Shown: positions 1 through 12,890 of the stretch, in pieces
How the letters are laid out: the number at the start of each line of letters is the position of its first letter
Position numbering within the stretch: the first letter of the stretch is position 1
Assembly (NCBI GenBank): GCA_951406725.2
Contig: OX597819.1
Location: 20,274,001 to 20,338,000 of the forward strand
Reading direction: 5' to 3'
Origin: Octopus vulgaris
Taxonomy: Eukaryota
Length of the DNA: 64,000 nt
Program-made: the position numbers and the translations under genes
Notes under the pieces: model-generated
The model's database searches: none
Told to the model about the DNA's origin: nothing
What the model saw: the letters and a program-made list of their open reading frames with translations, nothing else

Positions 1-697
1 AATATTTTAATTGCTGCCCTGTCCTTTATGCACAGCATCTGCTTCTTTCAGCATTCCAAATCCGTATGTAGATGTTATATTTGTGTGAGAAATGCATAAA
101 TGTACAAAATATTTGATAGTAGTTTCTGCGAAGTTATAGGATCAAAGCAGAGGACAGGAAAATATTCCGGTTTTATATACACACTATCGCACAAGTTTCA
201 TTTGATAATTGGAGCTTAACCATTTGATAATAGGTGCTTAACCATTTCTAACGTTTCTAAATAAGGAAACGCACCTCATTGAAAAAAAAATATGAAGCAA
301 AACTTAACCACTTGTAAAATTCTGTTCATTCTAAACCAAATCATGTTAAATTAGTCATTTCCAACATGTTTGATTACCTCCCTTATACCGTAAAAAATAC
401 CTTATTACTTTACCTTCTCTGGAAGTCCATATTTCACAACATAGAGAAGGCATGACACGATATATGTAAAGAAATTTGAGAAATTTGAAAAGAAAATACG
501 AAACTGGTTATTTCTCCAAAAACTATGTTATAATACACAACATTTTATAACATTTTCTAACATAACGATTTACATATATTCTTTAACCATATAAAATAAG
601 TCTTCTGTAGTTTTTCACTCTATGTTGTCTTTTATACCTCCAACCACGTGCTTTCACATACCAACACTCTCACCTATATATGTATATATATATATAT

Positions 698-1195
<498 letters not shown>

Positions 1196-1749
1196 CGTGA
1201 GTGTGTGTGAATGTGTATTCGTAGTTTTGTGTCCGATTCCACAAATCAATAATTACCTCTGAACATAACAATATAAACTCACGCGTACACACAAATACAT
1301 GCAAACATCTGTTATCGAATATTTAAGAAAAAGGAAAAACACCGCCGACTTTAAGAATTACGATACCAAACATATTTTAATAAATAATCGCACCGAAGTC
1401 GTTTTCTCTTCCTCCCCCCTCACAACTGCCATCGCATGCAGTTGTCCAAATCGAGTACATTCTTATTTCATCCCAACTTCCTAGTAAGACGTGTAATTCA
1501 GCAACATTCAATAGAATTTAATCTTGCATCCAACGCATTTAAACTTCACTCTACTCACCTGAAGAAACAGCACCTGTGATCCAGGTCACACCATGTGAAG
1601 TGGCATCTTTATACAAGAAATAACGTAGTTTTTTTTTTTTTCAGTTAATTGCCGAACCCAAGGAAGAATCGAACCAGGATATTCTTGAAAAAGGATGTCC
1701 ATTAACTTATCCTTAAACTCACAATTTTGTATCACATTTATAACATACT

Positions 1750-2136
1750 GTGGAAGCGCAATAACCCAGTAGTTAGGGCAGCAAACTCGCGGTCGTCGGA
1801 TCGCGGTTTCAATGCCCAGAATTGTGAGTGTTTGAGTTGTGAGTGTTTGAATGAAAACACCTAAAGCTCAACGAGACTCCTGCACTGGTGGATGGCGAAC
1901 ACTAACGTACTCTTTCACCACAACCTCTTCTTCCTCTTTCTTCCTATTTCTGTTGTAGCTGTATTTCAAAGGGCCAGCCTTGTCACACTCACTTTCACGC
2001 TGAATCTCACCGAAAACTATCTTAAAGTTACACGTATCTGTGGAGTGCTCAGCCACTTGCACGTTAATTTCACGAGCAGGCTGTTCCGCTGATCGCATCA
2101 ACTGGAACCCTCGTCGTCGTAACCGACGGAGTGCCA
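1750..2136 (+). mobile_element. tRNA-derived SINE, family B (diverged copy)
   Basis: tRNA-like head (..cccagtagttagggcagc..ggtttcaatgcc); body and tail (cacgagcaggctgttccg..cgtcgtaaccgacggagtgc) shared with 38941-39308, 44031-44410 and 11620-11876. Confidence 0.85.
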
Positions 2137-2725
2137 CGAACCACCTCTCTACTCTAGTTTTCTATTACTCCTATACACAACCTGTGTAGCTCTGTGTATA
2201 TATGCATTCTTGCATTATTCAAATATATGTCCGTGATGCATTTGTTTGGTATAGATGTTAGTGTATGCATCGATTTTTCCTCGGACACTATGGAGAATGA
2301 AATCTTCAGAATATTCGTAGGGCTTTCAGGGGCCATAAAAACGTTAACGGTCATATATAACACGCTCAATCCAATGTTGTTTCTTCTCACGTTTTTGCTC
2401 GTAGCCTTTCCTTGTATTCTACAAAAGAGGCAAATCGTGTCATATTGCGTCTAAAAATGCTTGTTTCTTGTGACTCGTTTTTTCGCCCGAAATATTGAAG
2501 CAGAAATTTATGGGCGTCTGTGTAACACACTTCTATATTCCCTACCTTGGAGTTTGACACCGATTCTCTCTACGGAACACCTTTGGCTTCCTTTAACTGT
2601 TGCGTTGATAGCATTTGGAAGGTAACGCCACCTTTCTGAGATGCGTATTTATTTTAAATAAATAGCAATTTTTAAAACCGAATTAGTCTGCGAAGGAGGG
2701 AGGAATTTCAAACGGTATACATTTC

Positions 2726-3143
2726 GGATCTTTTCGGTTTGAACGGCAGTTTTTAACATAATTTCTAGGTAACTAAAAAATGTTAAACTTCGTATACTGG
2801 TAGAATGTGTTTATAAAACATCTTTTTCTCTTGGCTTTATTGAGAAAATTCTATAGTTTGTAAGATATTTTTTGTTTGTTTCTTCAATTTCTGCAATTTC
2901 AACCAATCACTGACGTCTATTGAAGTAAAAAAAAAACATTATGTGCCGTATGAATATGTCTCTCGTTTAAGAAACAGATTGGGTTTATTTACATTCGTGA
3001 AGAAAAAAAGATACCCTTCCCCACCCCTAACCCTAACCCTAAAACAGATTGAAATGCAATAGATCGATACTAGGGTCATAATTATGGGTGACAATTTCAT
3101 ATGACACCGTTAGAAAAAACTACCGTTCAAACCGAAAAGATCC
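2726..3143. mobile_element. Non-autonomous DNA transposon (MITE) with ~29-bp TIRs and 8-bp TSD
   Basis: TIRs GGATCTTTTCGGTTTGAACGGCAGTTTTT and AAAAACTACCGTTCAAACCGAAAAGATCC; TSD TACATTTC at 2718-2725 and 3144-3151; internal (CCCTAA)3 at 3025-3042. Confidence 0.92.
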
Positions 3144-3867
3144 TACATTTCTTGCAACCCTTTATTTTGAAGGATTTGACTCACGTTTAAAAGTAATTCC
3201 TAGTTAGCATTAGAAGCAAAGTTACTGTTATTATTACTTCCGTTGAGAACTTAATTCATCTCTACTTCTGACTACTTCTGTACTATTTCTTATTTTTCTG
3301 CTTATATATTTTCGATGTTAGACGTATAAGTTCGATTGTTAAACTGTTCTGTTATCTATTAAGTTCTAAGTATCTGTTACAGATATGTGGGTGTATCCAA
3401 ACGCAAGCACTATGGAAGCCATATTTACATTGTTGTTTTCAAATGTTTTATAGCAAACGAATCACAATGGTAAATCATGGAAGCACAAGAAATGAACTTC
3501 TCTATCTAACGGATCTACTAACATACCTTCAGTAAAATATCTAATTCTGAAAGGAATTAGTTATTTCTTTTCGGCTTACACATCTCGTGTTAGTTTAGAC
3601 TATCGAAAGTGCAAAAACAATATTAACCATTATAATAATAGTAAAACAATAATAATGTCATTTATGAGTTATCAAAAGAAACATCAGGACAAATTACAAA
3701 AGTCATTTTTGTTTTAGGAATAACACCATGAAATATGTGAACGATGTTGTTGAATATACGGGATCAGGTTCACAGTAGAAAAGAATCCTGTGCGGTTTGA
3801 AATCAGCATATAAGGTATAACATATGCGATATTATAGCTGACTGTTCTCCAGTTTCTGCCTGAACTC

Positions 3868-4092
3868 TCTTTTCTTTTACTCTTTTACTTGTTTCAGTCA
3901 TTTGACCGCGGCCATGCTGGAGCACCGCCTTTAGTCGAGCAAATCGACCTCGGGACTTATTCTTTGTAAGCCCAGTACTTATTCTATCGGTCTCTTTTGC
4001 CGAACCGCTAAGTTACGGGGACGTAAACACACCAGCATCGGTTGTCAAGCAATGCTAGAGGGACAAACACAGAAACACAAACACACACATAC
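3868..4092 (-). mobile_element. tRNA-derived SINE family A, 3' half (5' half at 6924-7090), split at its internal (TA)n
   Basis: Reverse complement matches the 3' half of the intact copies at 36061-36430 and 47808-48272. Confidence 0.88.
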
Positions 4093-4151
<59 letters not shown>

Positions 4152-4246
4152 GGAGTAAACACATAAATGTGAAACAAGGTGGAAAAAAGAGTACTCAAAT
4201 ACCAGTGGTAGAGTAATATGCTTTATTTTAAGCAGCAGAAAATTCA

Positions 4247-4298
4247 ACAAAATCTGTTACTCTGAGTTTCTCGTTGCCGTTCATCAGACAGTTTTTGC
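4247..4298 (-). ncRNA. Minimal type-I hammerhead ribozyme motif
   Basis: Minus strand: GCAAAA-A-CTGT CTGATGA A CG-GCAA-CG A GAAA CTCAGAG TA ACAG-A-TTTTGT. Intact core, GNRA-capped mini stem II, near-palindromic stem III (ACTC-A-GAGT), GUA site, extended stem I. Confidence 0.72.
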
Positions 4299-5301
4299 TA
4301 GAATGGAACATATATATTAATTCAATCTATACTCTTACAAACGCTACACCTTTAAAAAGAAATGGACTTGTTTGATTGGCCCTTTAGAAAAAACGGTCAA
4401 TCTTCGAGCGATAAACAAAAAGGTCAAAAATATATGTATATATATATAAAAACTTATAAAAATTATAAAATCCGAGGAAAATACCGAGGAAAAAACCTGT
4501 TGCCGTTAATGAAGACAGTACAAATTAATGCATAGAAATTAAACCTGTTATAAATACTGCAATACATATTTATATTAAAATCCACATATATATATCAACA
4601 TACACAAAAGGATGCGCGTAAACGCCATACATACATATACAGACGTATGAATATGAATCTAAATTATACACATAAAAGCATGTGTACATATATTCACGCA
4701 AACCGTCTCGCACGCAAGCTAAAATTCATCTATGTAGCAATTCTCATATACTGAGCAAGGAGGGGGAACGAAAGAAAGGGAAAGAGAGAAAAAGGAACGG
4801 AGGAGGGGTGGGGAAAAAACTTGTAGCGATGTTATTTGGCATCTATAGAGGCCAGTATACATACACAAGTTTGAATTGATACATATACATACCGTCGTGT
4901 ATATGTGTGCTTAAGCACAAGCATACTTTCACTTACACATACACAGATACGCATGCTTACAAATACATATGCTTTGCTATACACAAACTTATATAAACAT
5001 TCTAAATTTGACAACATTGCTTTTTTTATAAAAACACATTGCTTTTAAAAAATGGGTGCATTAATAAAAATATATACGAAAGACCTATAAAATAAAATAT
5101 AACATCCTATTTTGGGTCATTTATAAATAATCAAGGTAATATAAATAATCAAGGTAATCTTATGCAATACAATAACATGAAAACAAAGTTTGTAGGTTTT
5201 TCCTAATATATATGTAGAAACAATAAGACTTTGCTATAGGTCCGTTGTAGCGCTCAAGAGTCAAAATCAAAATCAAAAAATCAAATTACAAAATATATAC
5301 T

Positions 5302-5541
5302 CTATCCATATGGTATATTTATATTCGACATTTTAAATTTAGCCTTGTGCCTACATAAGTTCATTAATTCACTTCTTTGATTCAAAGAATTATTGTCTTT
5401 GAATAATATGTGCATTTTTTCTAATAAGCAAAGCCTGCACTTGAAATTATATTTGTAAGCTCCATGCCTGTATGGTGCCGCCCTGTCCAGAATGCTCCAT
5501 GTCACGTTGAAAGGTGGGGCTTCCTTTTCTTTTAGTTCCCA
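5302..5541 (-). pseudogene. PLE GIY-YIG endonuclease C-terminal fragment
   Basis: ORF 5302..5505 plus upstream in-frame WELKEKEAPPFNV; CxLCxxEK and LNxRSEL..CRH motifs. Confidence 0.75.
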
Positions 5542-5581
5542 GACTGGGAACTTTTAGTTCCCAGACTTTTAGTTCCCAGAC

Positions 5582-5821
5582 TGGGAACTAAAAGAAAAGG
5601 AAGCCCCACCTTTCAACGTGACATGGAGCATTCTGGACAGGGTGGCACCATACAGGCATGGAGCTTACAAATATAATTTCAAGTGCAGGCTTTGCTTATT
5701 AGAAAAAATGCACATATTATTCAAAGACAATAATTCTTTGAATCAAAGAAGTGAATTAATGAACTTATGTAGGCACAAGGCTAAATTTAAAATGTCGAAT
5801 ATAAATATACCATATGGATAG
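5582..5821 (+). pseudogene. PLE GIY-YIG endonuclease C-terminal fragment (mirror copy)
   Basis: TGG GAA CTA AAA GAA AAG reads WELKEKE..TWSILDRVAPY..CRLCLLEK..CRHKAKFK. Confidence 0.75.
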
Positions 5822-6823
5822 AGTATATATTTTGTATTTTGATTTTTTGATTTTGATTTTGACTCTTGAGCGCTACAACGGACCTATAGCAAAGTCTTAT
5901 TGTTTCTACATATATATTAGGAAAAACCTACAAACTTTGTTTTCATGTTATTGTATTGCATAAGATTACCTTGATTATTTATATTACCTTGATTATTTAT
6001 AAATGACCCAAAATAGGATGTTATATTTTATTTTATAGGTCTTTCGTATATATTTTTATTAATGCACCCATTTTTTAAAAGCAATGTGTTTTTATAAAAA
6101 AGCAATGTTGTCAAATTTAGAATGTTTATATAAGTTTGTGTATAGCAAAGCATATGTATTTGTAAGCATGCGTATCTGTGTATGTGTAAGTGAAAGTATG
6201 CTTGTGCTTAAGCACACATATACACGACGGTATGTATATGTATCAATTCAAACTTGTGTATGTATACTGGCCTCTATAGATGCCAAATAACATCGCTACA
6301 AGTTTTTTCCCCACCTCTCCTCCGTTCCTTTTTCTCTCTTTCCCTTTCTTTCGTTCCCCCTCCTTGCTCAGTATATGAGAATTGCTACATAGATGAATTT
6401 TAGCTTGCGTGCGAGACGGTTTGCGTGAATATATGTACACATGCTTTTATGTGTATAATTTAGATTCATATTCATACGTCTGTATATGTATGTATGGCGT
6501 TTACGCGCATCCTTTTGTGTATGTTGATATATATATGTGGATTTTAATATAAATATGTATTGCAGTATTTATAACAGGTTTAATTTCTATGCATTAATTT
6601 GTACTGTCTTCATTAACGGCAACAGGTTTTTTCCTCGGTATTTTCCTCGGATTTTATAATTTTTATAAGTTTTTATATATATATACATATATTTTTGACC
6701 TTTTTGTTTATCGCTCGAAGATTGACCGTTTTTTCTAAAGGGCCAATCAAACAAGTCCATTTCTTTTTAAAGGTGTAGCGTTTGTATGAGTATAGATTGA
6801 ATTAATATATATGTTCCATTCTA

Positions 6824-6875
6824 GCGAAAACTATCTGATGAACGGCAACGAGAAACTCAGAGTAACAGACTTTGT
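6824..6875 (+). ncRNA. Minimal hammerhead motif, mirror copy with weakened stem I
   Basis: CTAT CTGATGA ACGGCAACGA GAAA CTCAGAG TA ACAG; core intact, three substitutions in stem I relative to the left copy. Confidence 0.6.
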
Positions 6876-6923
6876 TGAATTTTCTGCTGCTTAAAATAAA
6901 GTATATATATATATATATATATA

Positions 6924-7090
6924 TACGACAGGCTTCTTTCAGTTTCCGTCTAACAACTCCACTCACAAGGCATTAGTCGGCCCGGGGCTATAGCAGAAGA
7001 CACTTGCCCAAGATGCCACGCAGTGGGACTGAACCCGGAACCATGAGGTTGGTTAGCAAGCTACTTACCACACAGCCACTCCTGCGCCTA
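6924..7090 (-). mobile_element. tRNA-derived SINE family A, 5' half
   Basis: Reverse complement begins taggcgcaggagtggctgtgtggtaagtagcttgct..ggttccgggttcagtcccactgcg (A/B-box-like), as at 36061. Confidence 0.9.
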
Positions 7091-7256
7091 CTGAAATAAT
7101 GTTTTCACTATGATTCCTCTTACTAAAAATAGTAAACAAAGCAGTCAAATCACTTGTTAGAATTTGTGTAAGATACAGCCTACAATTAAATCCGCACTAT
7201 AAGAGAACGAGCAATAATGAATGCAAGAAATGATTGCCGTATTTTGTTTCACCAAA

Positions 7257-7488
7257 AGACGTTGAACTGGCAGAAACGTTAGCGCGCCGGGCGAAATGCT
7301 TAGCGGTATTTCGTCTGTCGTTACGTTCTGAGTTCAAATTCCGCCGAGGTCGACTTTGCCTTTCATCCTTTCAGGGTCGATAAATAAAGTACCAGTTACG
7401 CACTGGGGTTGATGTAATCGACTTAATCCCTTTGTCTGTCCTTGTTTGTCCCCTCTATGTTTAGCCCCTTCTGGGCAGTAAAGACATA
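7257..7488 (+). mobile_element. SINE family C
   Basis: ctggcagaaacgttagc..gagttcaaattccgccgaggtcgactttgcctttcatcctttc.ggtcgataaa..agtaccag; same motif at 9372, 13535, 16130, 32535, 42185, 53497 and 60064. Confidence 0.88.
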
Positions 7489-8257
7489 TGATATTTTGTT
7501 TCACTACGTTTGAGTTGGGATGCACGGCAACAGCAACAAGAACAAGGACAACCGCACTATTCTACGAATCCACAATGCACTAATTAACAGGACAGCCATG
7601 ATGAACGCAAATGATTTCTAACAAATCTTGACATTTGTGAGGAGGAATAACATTTGATTATAATTTTGTCCGGAAGAATAAACATGCAGGGATTTGAACT
7701 CACTGTACAGAGCGAAAAAAAAAACCAAGAACAACAGAAATAAGGAAAGTAACAGGAAAGACGAAGAAACAACATTTGGAAAAGATTAGCAAGAGACTTC
7801 ATATCAGGGGATGACAGAGTGGTAGAGATCGATCAATAATAAATTAATCATAAATAAATGATTTGATAGTTGCCATAAGAGATAGATTAATCTAATTACC
7901 AGAACGTATTTGCAAAAGTAAAAAAAAAAAAAAAACCAAAAAATAAAGAGAAGAAAACGTACGAAACAAGAACAACACTGAGCGCAGAAACAACAACAGC
8001 AACTAATGTATGATCTACAACAACTAAAAAATGTAAAAGAAAAAGAAGTAACTGCGAAGAAAAAGTAATATTAATATAAAATGTCACTTTAAGTTAGAAA
8101 TTGTAAAAATGATAAAATCAATAAGCAGTCACCAGTGTCAATATTACCGTCTGACATCGATGTGAATAATGTAAAATTTTCTTACAGCATACACTACGCA
8201 TATATAGGCATGAAGACAAATACATACACAGACAAGAGGACACAAACAACACACAGG

Positions 8258-8307
<50 letters not shown>

Positions 8308-8394
8308 TAAGAACATACATTAGTACATGTACATAATTATGTACAAATATATATTCATAAATTTATAGTTACAAAATTGATAGATATATAGATA

Positions 8395-8437
8395 GAAACA
8401 TATATATATATATATAGATAAATAGATAGATAGATAT

Positions 8438-8494
<57 letters not shown>

Positions 8495-8495
8495 C

Positions 8496-8527
<32 letters not shown>

Positions 8528-8669
8528 GGATAGGTACAGGGATTGATAAGTTTAGAGATACGCATGTAGAAAGACAGTAGAACAGATAGTGAAATAGATA
8601 CAGGGACAGCTAGTCAGATGGGGAGAGAGGCAGGTTGAGTTGAGAAAACAAACACACACATACACACAG

Positions 8670-8730
<61 letters not shown>

Positions 8731-8790
8731 CATACATATATATATATATAGATATAGATACATACATACATTCATACATACGTACATAGA
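8395..8790. repeat. Compound microsatellite (GATA)n/(CA)n/(TA)n
   Basis: Direct reading. Confidence 0.95.
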
Positions 8791-9231
8791 AAGATGCACA
8801 CATAAATATTTTGGTAGATAGATAAATATCGTACTACATTAGGGTTGGGAACATTACATTTTCGGACGGCTAGAGATAATCGCAGACTAAAAACATCAAG
8901 CACCTAATAATCCATTAACGCTAACCGTATATTGGCATTAACGTTCTCGTTATTTGGCATGCATGAAATGTGAAATTCAATGGGAAAAATTATTTTTCAA
9001 TTTACGTCCACGGTAAGGCAATGCAACTAGCGATGCCATACGAAAGACAGTTCGACTGGGTACGTCTGCGAACGCACTCTCAGAAAGGAAGCAGCATTGA
9101 AGGGGGCACCTGCGTGCTATAGGCTGTTCAATGCTGATTATAGGCATTGCATTCCTCTGACAAACAAATGGCAATCGTAATAAACTTATATCTATACGCA
9201 CGCATATTTTTGTGTGTGTGTATGTGTGTGT

Positions 9232-9284
<53 letters not shown>

Positions 9285-9371
9285 TGTAATATATATATAT
9301 ATTCTTACAAATGAAAAAAAATAGAATTTTGTAATTACAGATATCCATGTTTTCCTGCTCGAAACATTAAT

Positions 9372-9560
9372 TTTTTACTACCCACCCACAGAGCGGACAA
9401 ACAAGGACAGACAAACGGATTAAGCCGATTATATCGACCCCAGTGCGTAACTGGTACTTAAGTTGACCTCGGCGGAATTTGAACCCTGAACGTAACGGCA
9501 GACGAAATACGGCTACGCATTTTGCCCGGCGTGGTAACTTTTCTGCCAGCTCACCGCCTT
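9372..9560 (-). mobile_element. SINE family C (internally deleted)
   Basis: Reverse complement matches the head and tail of 60064-60295. Confidence 0.82.
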
Positions 9561-9926
9561 TCTCGAAACATTAATATATTCCGACATTTGTCAAGGTGAA
9601 ACAAGACCGTTTGTCACTTGAGTTTTGAGCTAACTTTTAAACAAGCGACGCTTTGTAAAGAAAAAGACAAAAAAGAAAATGTATAAGAGAGATAAGCAAC
9701 GTTACACTAAATGGATATCAAGCAGATGTAAACCAGATGTTAACGGCTTACTAAGTGTCCAGTGGACTACTTTTAATTAGATATTAGTTTGTGAAGATGT
9801 TTAATAGCAATTATAAATAGTTTGTGCTATATAAACTTTAAAAGTTTCAATAAATAATATGTCTCATTTTATAGAAGATAAGCGTAGTTAAACTTGTAGC
9901 AGGATATTTTATATGGTATGTAAAAC

Positions 9927-10325
9927 TTATATATATATATATATATATAACTTAGAATGTGTGTTTGTCTGTGTGAATCCCTAAAACTTGAGAACTACAC
10001 AAATAATTTCATTCATATTTTACACATGCCTTACTTAGGGTCTAAGGAGTGTCATGGGCAAACATGTCTTAAAACTTCTTGCCTAGGGCGAGCCCATAGC
10101 AATATCATATCTTCTCCTCTATGAATCCTTAAAACTTGAGAACTACTCAACCAATTTCATTCAAATTTTACACATGCCTTACTTAGGGTCCATGTAGTGT
10201 CATGGGGAAAGGAAATGTTTAACTTATTGCCTAGGGCAAGCCCACAGCAATATCACATCTTCTCTACTATTTCAGTATTACGTGTTAAAAGTGAAACAAA
10301 AGCATCTGTCTATTGTATGTATATG

Positions 10326-10391
<66 letters not shown>

Positions 10392-11584
10392 CATGTATAT
10401 ATATATATAGATCTATATATATACATCTATATGTAGAGCTGTATATGTATACATGTATATGTATACATGTATATGTAAACATGTATGCTTAGATGTATAT
10501 ATAGATGTACATGTAATATGTACACATATATCTACATATATATACATGTATACATATATACACCCATACACACACGTAGATCAACCCCCCACACACACAC
10601 ATAGGTGCAGTTGTGGCTGTGTGGTAACAAACTTGGTTCCAAAACACATGGTCCTCAGTTCAGTTCCACTGTGTGGTAACTTGGCATGTGTCTTCTGCTA
10701 TAGCCTCAGACCAACCAAAGCCTTGTCAGTGGATTTTGTAGACACTGAAAGAAATCAATTGTATGTATATGTATGTATATATGTAAGTCTATGTGTGTAT
10801 CTTCGTGTTTCACTGCTTCACAACTGGTGTTCGTTTATTTTCATTCCCATAACTTACTGGTTTCACAAGAAGAAACTGATAGAATAAGTACCAGGCTTAT
10901 CAAAATATAAAAAAGCACTACGAAGTGTCTCATATTTTTGTTTGCCCACTCAGTTGTATCTATAAATGCATCTTTGTGTTGTGTGTTTGTGTGTGTGTTT
11001 GTGTATGTGTGCGTGTGTATACATATCTATATACATATATGTATACATACACATATATGTATATATATAACATAGTTCTTGAACCGGTACATCAAACTAG
11101 AGTAGGGTAACTGACTGCTTATTGTTATCATTCGTCTTTTGGTTTTCTGTAGCTTTGCTCCTTTTTACAAACCCAGTGAACATATATTTCCTATTTCAAA
11201 GAAATTCAAACTATAGATATAAGACCCAAGTTAAAAAGATATTCAACAATTCAAATTCTCTGGTTGACATTATGATGCCCACCCCCAACAGGGGCCTTAA
11301 CTCTCTTATTTTAGAGCTCCATGACCTTCCTTTTTTTAGGAGCAAAATCTTTTTAATAGGTTCAATAGCACTTGAATTTTGGAATTTGCGCATAAAAATC
11401 AGTAGTATGGGATACATGTGGCACGATTACAAATTTTTTAGGGTGTGTAAAGAGGAAAATAACCCTCATCTGCAATTTTGATGAAATTCGAAACATAGGT
11501 ATTCCAGTTCATTACAGAAAATATAACAGAAAAGTCTAATTCTTCAATTGAATGTAACCGGGCAACGCCGGGTAACTCTGCTAG
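9927..11584 (+). mobile_element. Non-autonomous Helitron-like element with internal duplication and nested SINE
   Basis: 3' end has GC hairpin ACCGGGCAACGCCGGGT (11557-11573), then CTAG (11581-11584) followed by T. The 5' (TA)n..GTGTGTTTGTCTGT start resembles the element at 20507-20879. The 5' boundary and continuity are inferred. Confidence 0.55.
10603..10900 (+). mobile_element. SINE family A, diverged copy
   Basis: aggtgcagttgtggctgtgtggtaa..agttcagttccactgtgtgg..gatagaataagtaccaggct. Confidence 0.78.
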
Positions 11585-11619
11585 TATATATGTATATATT
11601 TATATATTTTTATATGAGG

Positions 11620-11876
11620 TTGTTAGTGTGCTTGTTCGTGAAATTAACGTGCAGGTGGCTGAACGCTCCACAGACAAGTGTATCTTTAATGTAGTTCTCA
11701 AAGAGACTCAGCGTGTCACAGAGTGTGACCAAGGCTGGCCATTTGAAATACGGTGCAACGGAAACAGGAAGAAAGAGTGAGAGAAATGTAGTGGTGTAAT
11801 AGTACAGAAGTGTTCGCCAACACCCCCAGCCTGAGGATAGTAGGGGTCTTAGGTATTTTCACTCAATAAACACTCA
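11620..11876 (-). mobile_element. SINE family B, diverged fragment
   Basis: gttcgtgaaattaacgtgcaggtggctga..aataaacactca parallels 44090-44335. Confidence 0.78.
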
Positions 11877-12848
11877 GTCTCGTGTAATGGTATGGCGATG
11901 CAATTGAATTCTGTGGCTATACACATCAGCGAATACTTAAAATTGCGTTACGTTTCACAGACTCGTTTGAGTGAGTGCGATGTGTGCCTATCCTATTTAC
12001 TTTCTAACCCTTTCCTGCTACTAAATCCTTAGCTGTTTATCAGAGCTATCTTGATACTTTCTGTGTCCTTCATAGCTGAGGAACAGTTTTTCCCCTCTTT
12101 CCCAGATACCCAATTTGCAAAGATAACAGTTCTCTTTTTTCTCTATGTCTTTATTTCTTGATGTATAATTTATCTCCCCGATAATATACAAAAATATTAA
12201 AATATTTTCCTCAACTTTTATATATATAAAATATTCTGCTGAATGTGCACGCAGTTCTCATCTGATACTGGTGAGCAGCATTAGATTACTGCACATTTTC
12301 TTCTGAAGAAATGGCGTTATAAATTTATTCAACAATTTACGTATTCGTTACCGCAGTGCGTACTATTATAAGCTACAGAAACACATGTACAGCTTATGTG
12401 CATGTTTATTTCTTTCTGCGTATGTATGAGCGCTTGTGTGCGCATATATGTTTCTGTGAATTCTATAATAATTAAGATTTTAAACAACGTACTGTTTTCA
12501 TAATACACAATAATGTAGCATCGAAAATGTCTCCAAAATTTTCCTCGGCTTTGGTCAAACCCATTAGGAATTCTCAAGAGATATTCTAAAATGGATTTAG
12601 CATAATTCATTAGACATATTTCATTTTCAAAGTGCAAAGCTTTCTATTTTTAATCCGATGATATAATCTTGATAATCCGAGTCTTAATGTCATAAGCATT
12701 AAGAAACGCCTGCATATAATTGCATGTTAGAATGATCAGGAAATATAATTTCCATTTCAATATTTATACAGAAATTATGCCATATTGGGAAATAAAATAC
12801 TTTCTTCAATAGACAATACTGAACCGTGTTATCTATTGTATTTATTCG

Positions 12849-12889
<41 letters not shown>

Positions 12890-12890
<1 letters not shown>

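Larger units (their letters stand above)
4150..5542 (-). mobile_element. 5'-truncated Penelope-like element (GIY-YIG C-terminus, 3' UTR/pLTR, hammerhead); left arm of the palindrome
   Basis: Minus-strand peptide WELKEKE..VTWSILDRAAPY..CRLCLLEKMHI..LNQRSELMNLCRH resembles the C-terminal part of PLE GIY-YIG endonucleases; followed by a long AT-rich UTR and an HHR near the outer end. Confidence 0.8.
5581..6901 (+). mobile_element. 5'-truncated Penelope-like element; right arm of the palindrome
   Basis: Reverse complement of 4221-5542 with only a few substitutions and one 1-bp indel; mirrored ORFs 5618..5821 vs 5302..5505 and 6243..6440 vs 4682..4879. Confidence 0.8.

Noticed and set aside
3025-3042. 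Chromosome end or true telomere
   Set aside because: Only three units, internal to a TIR element.
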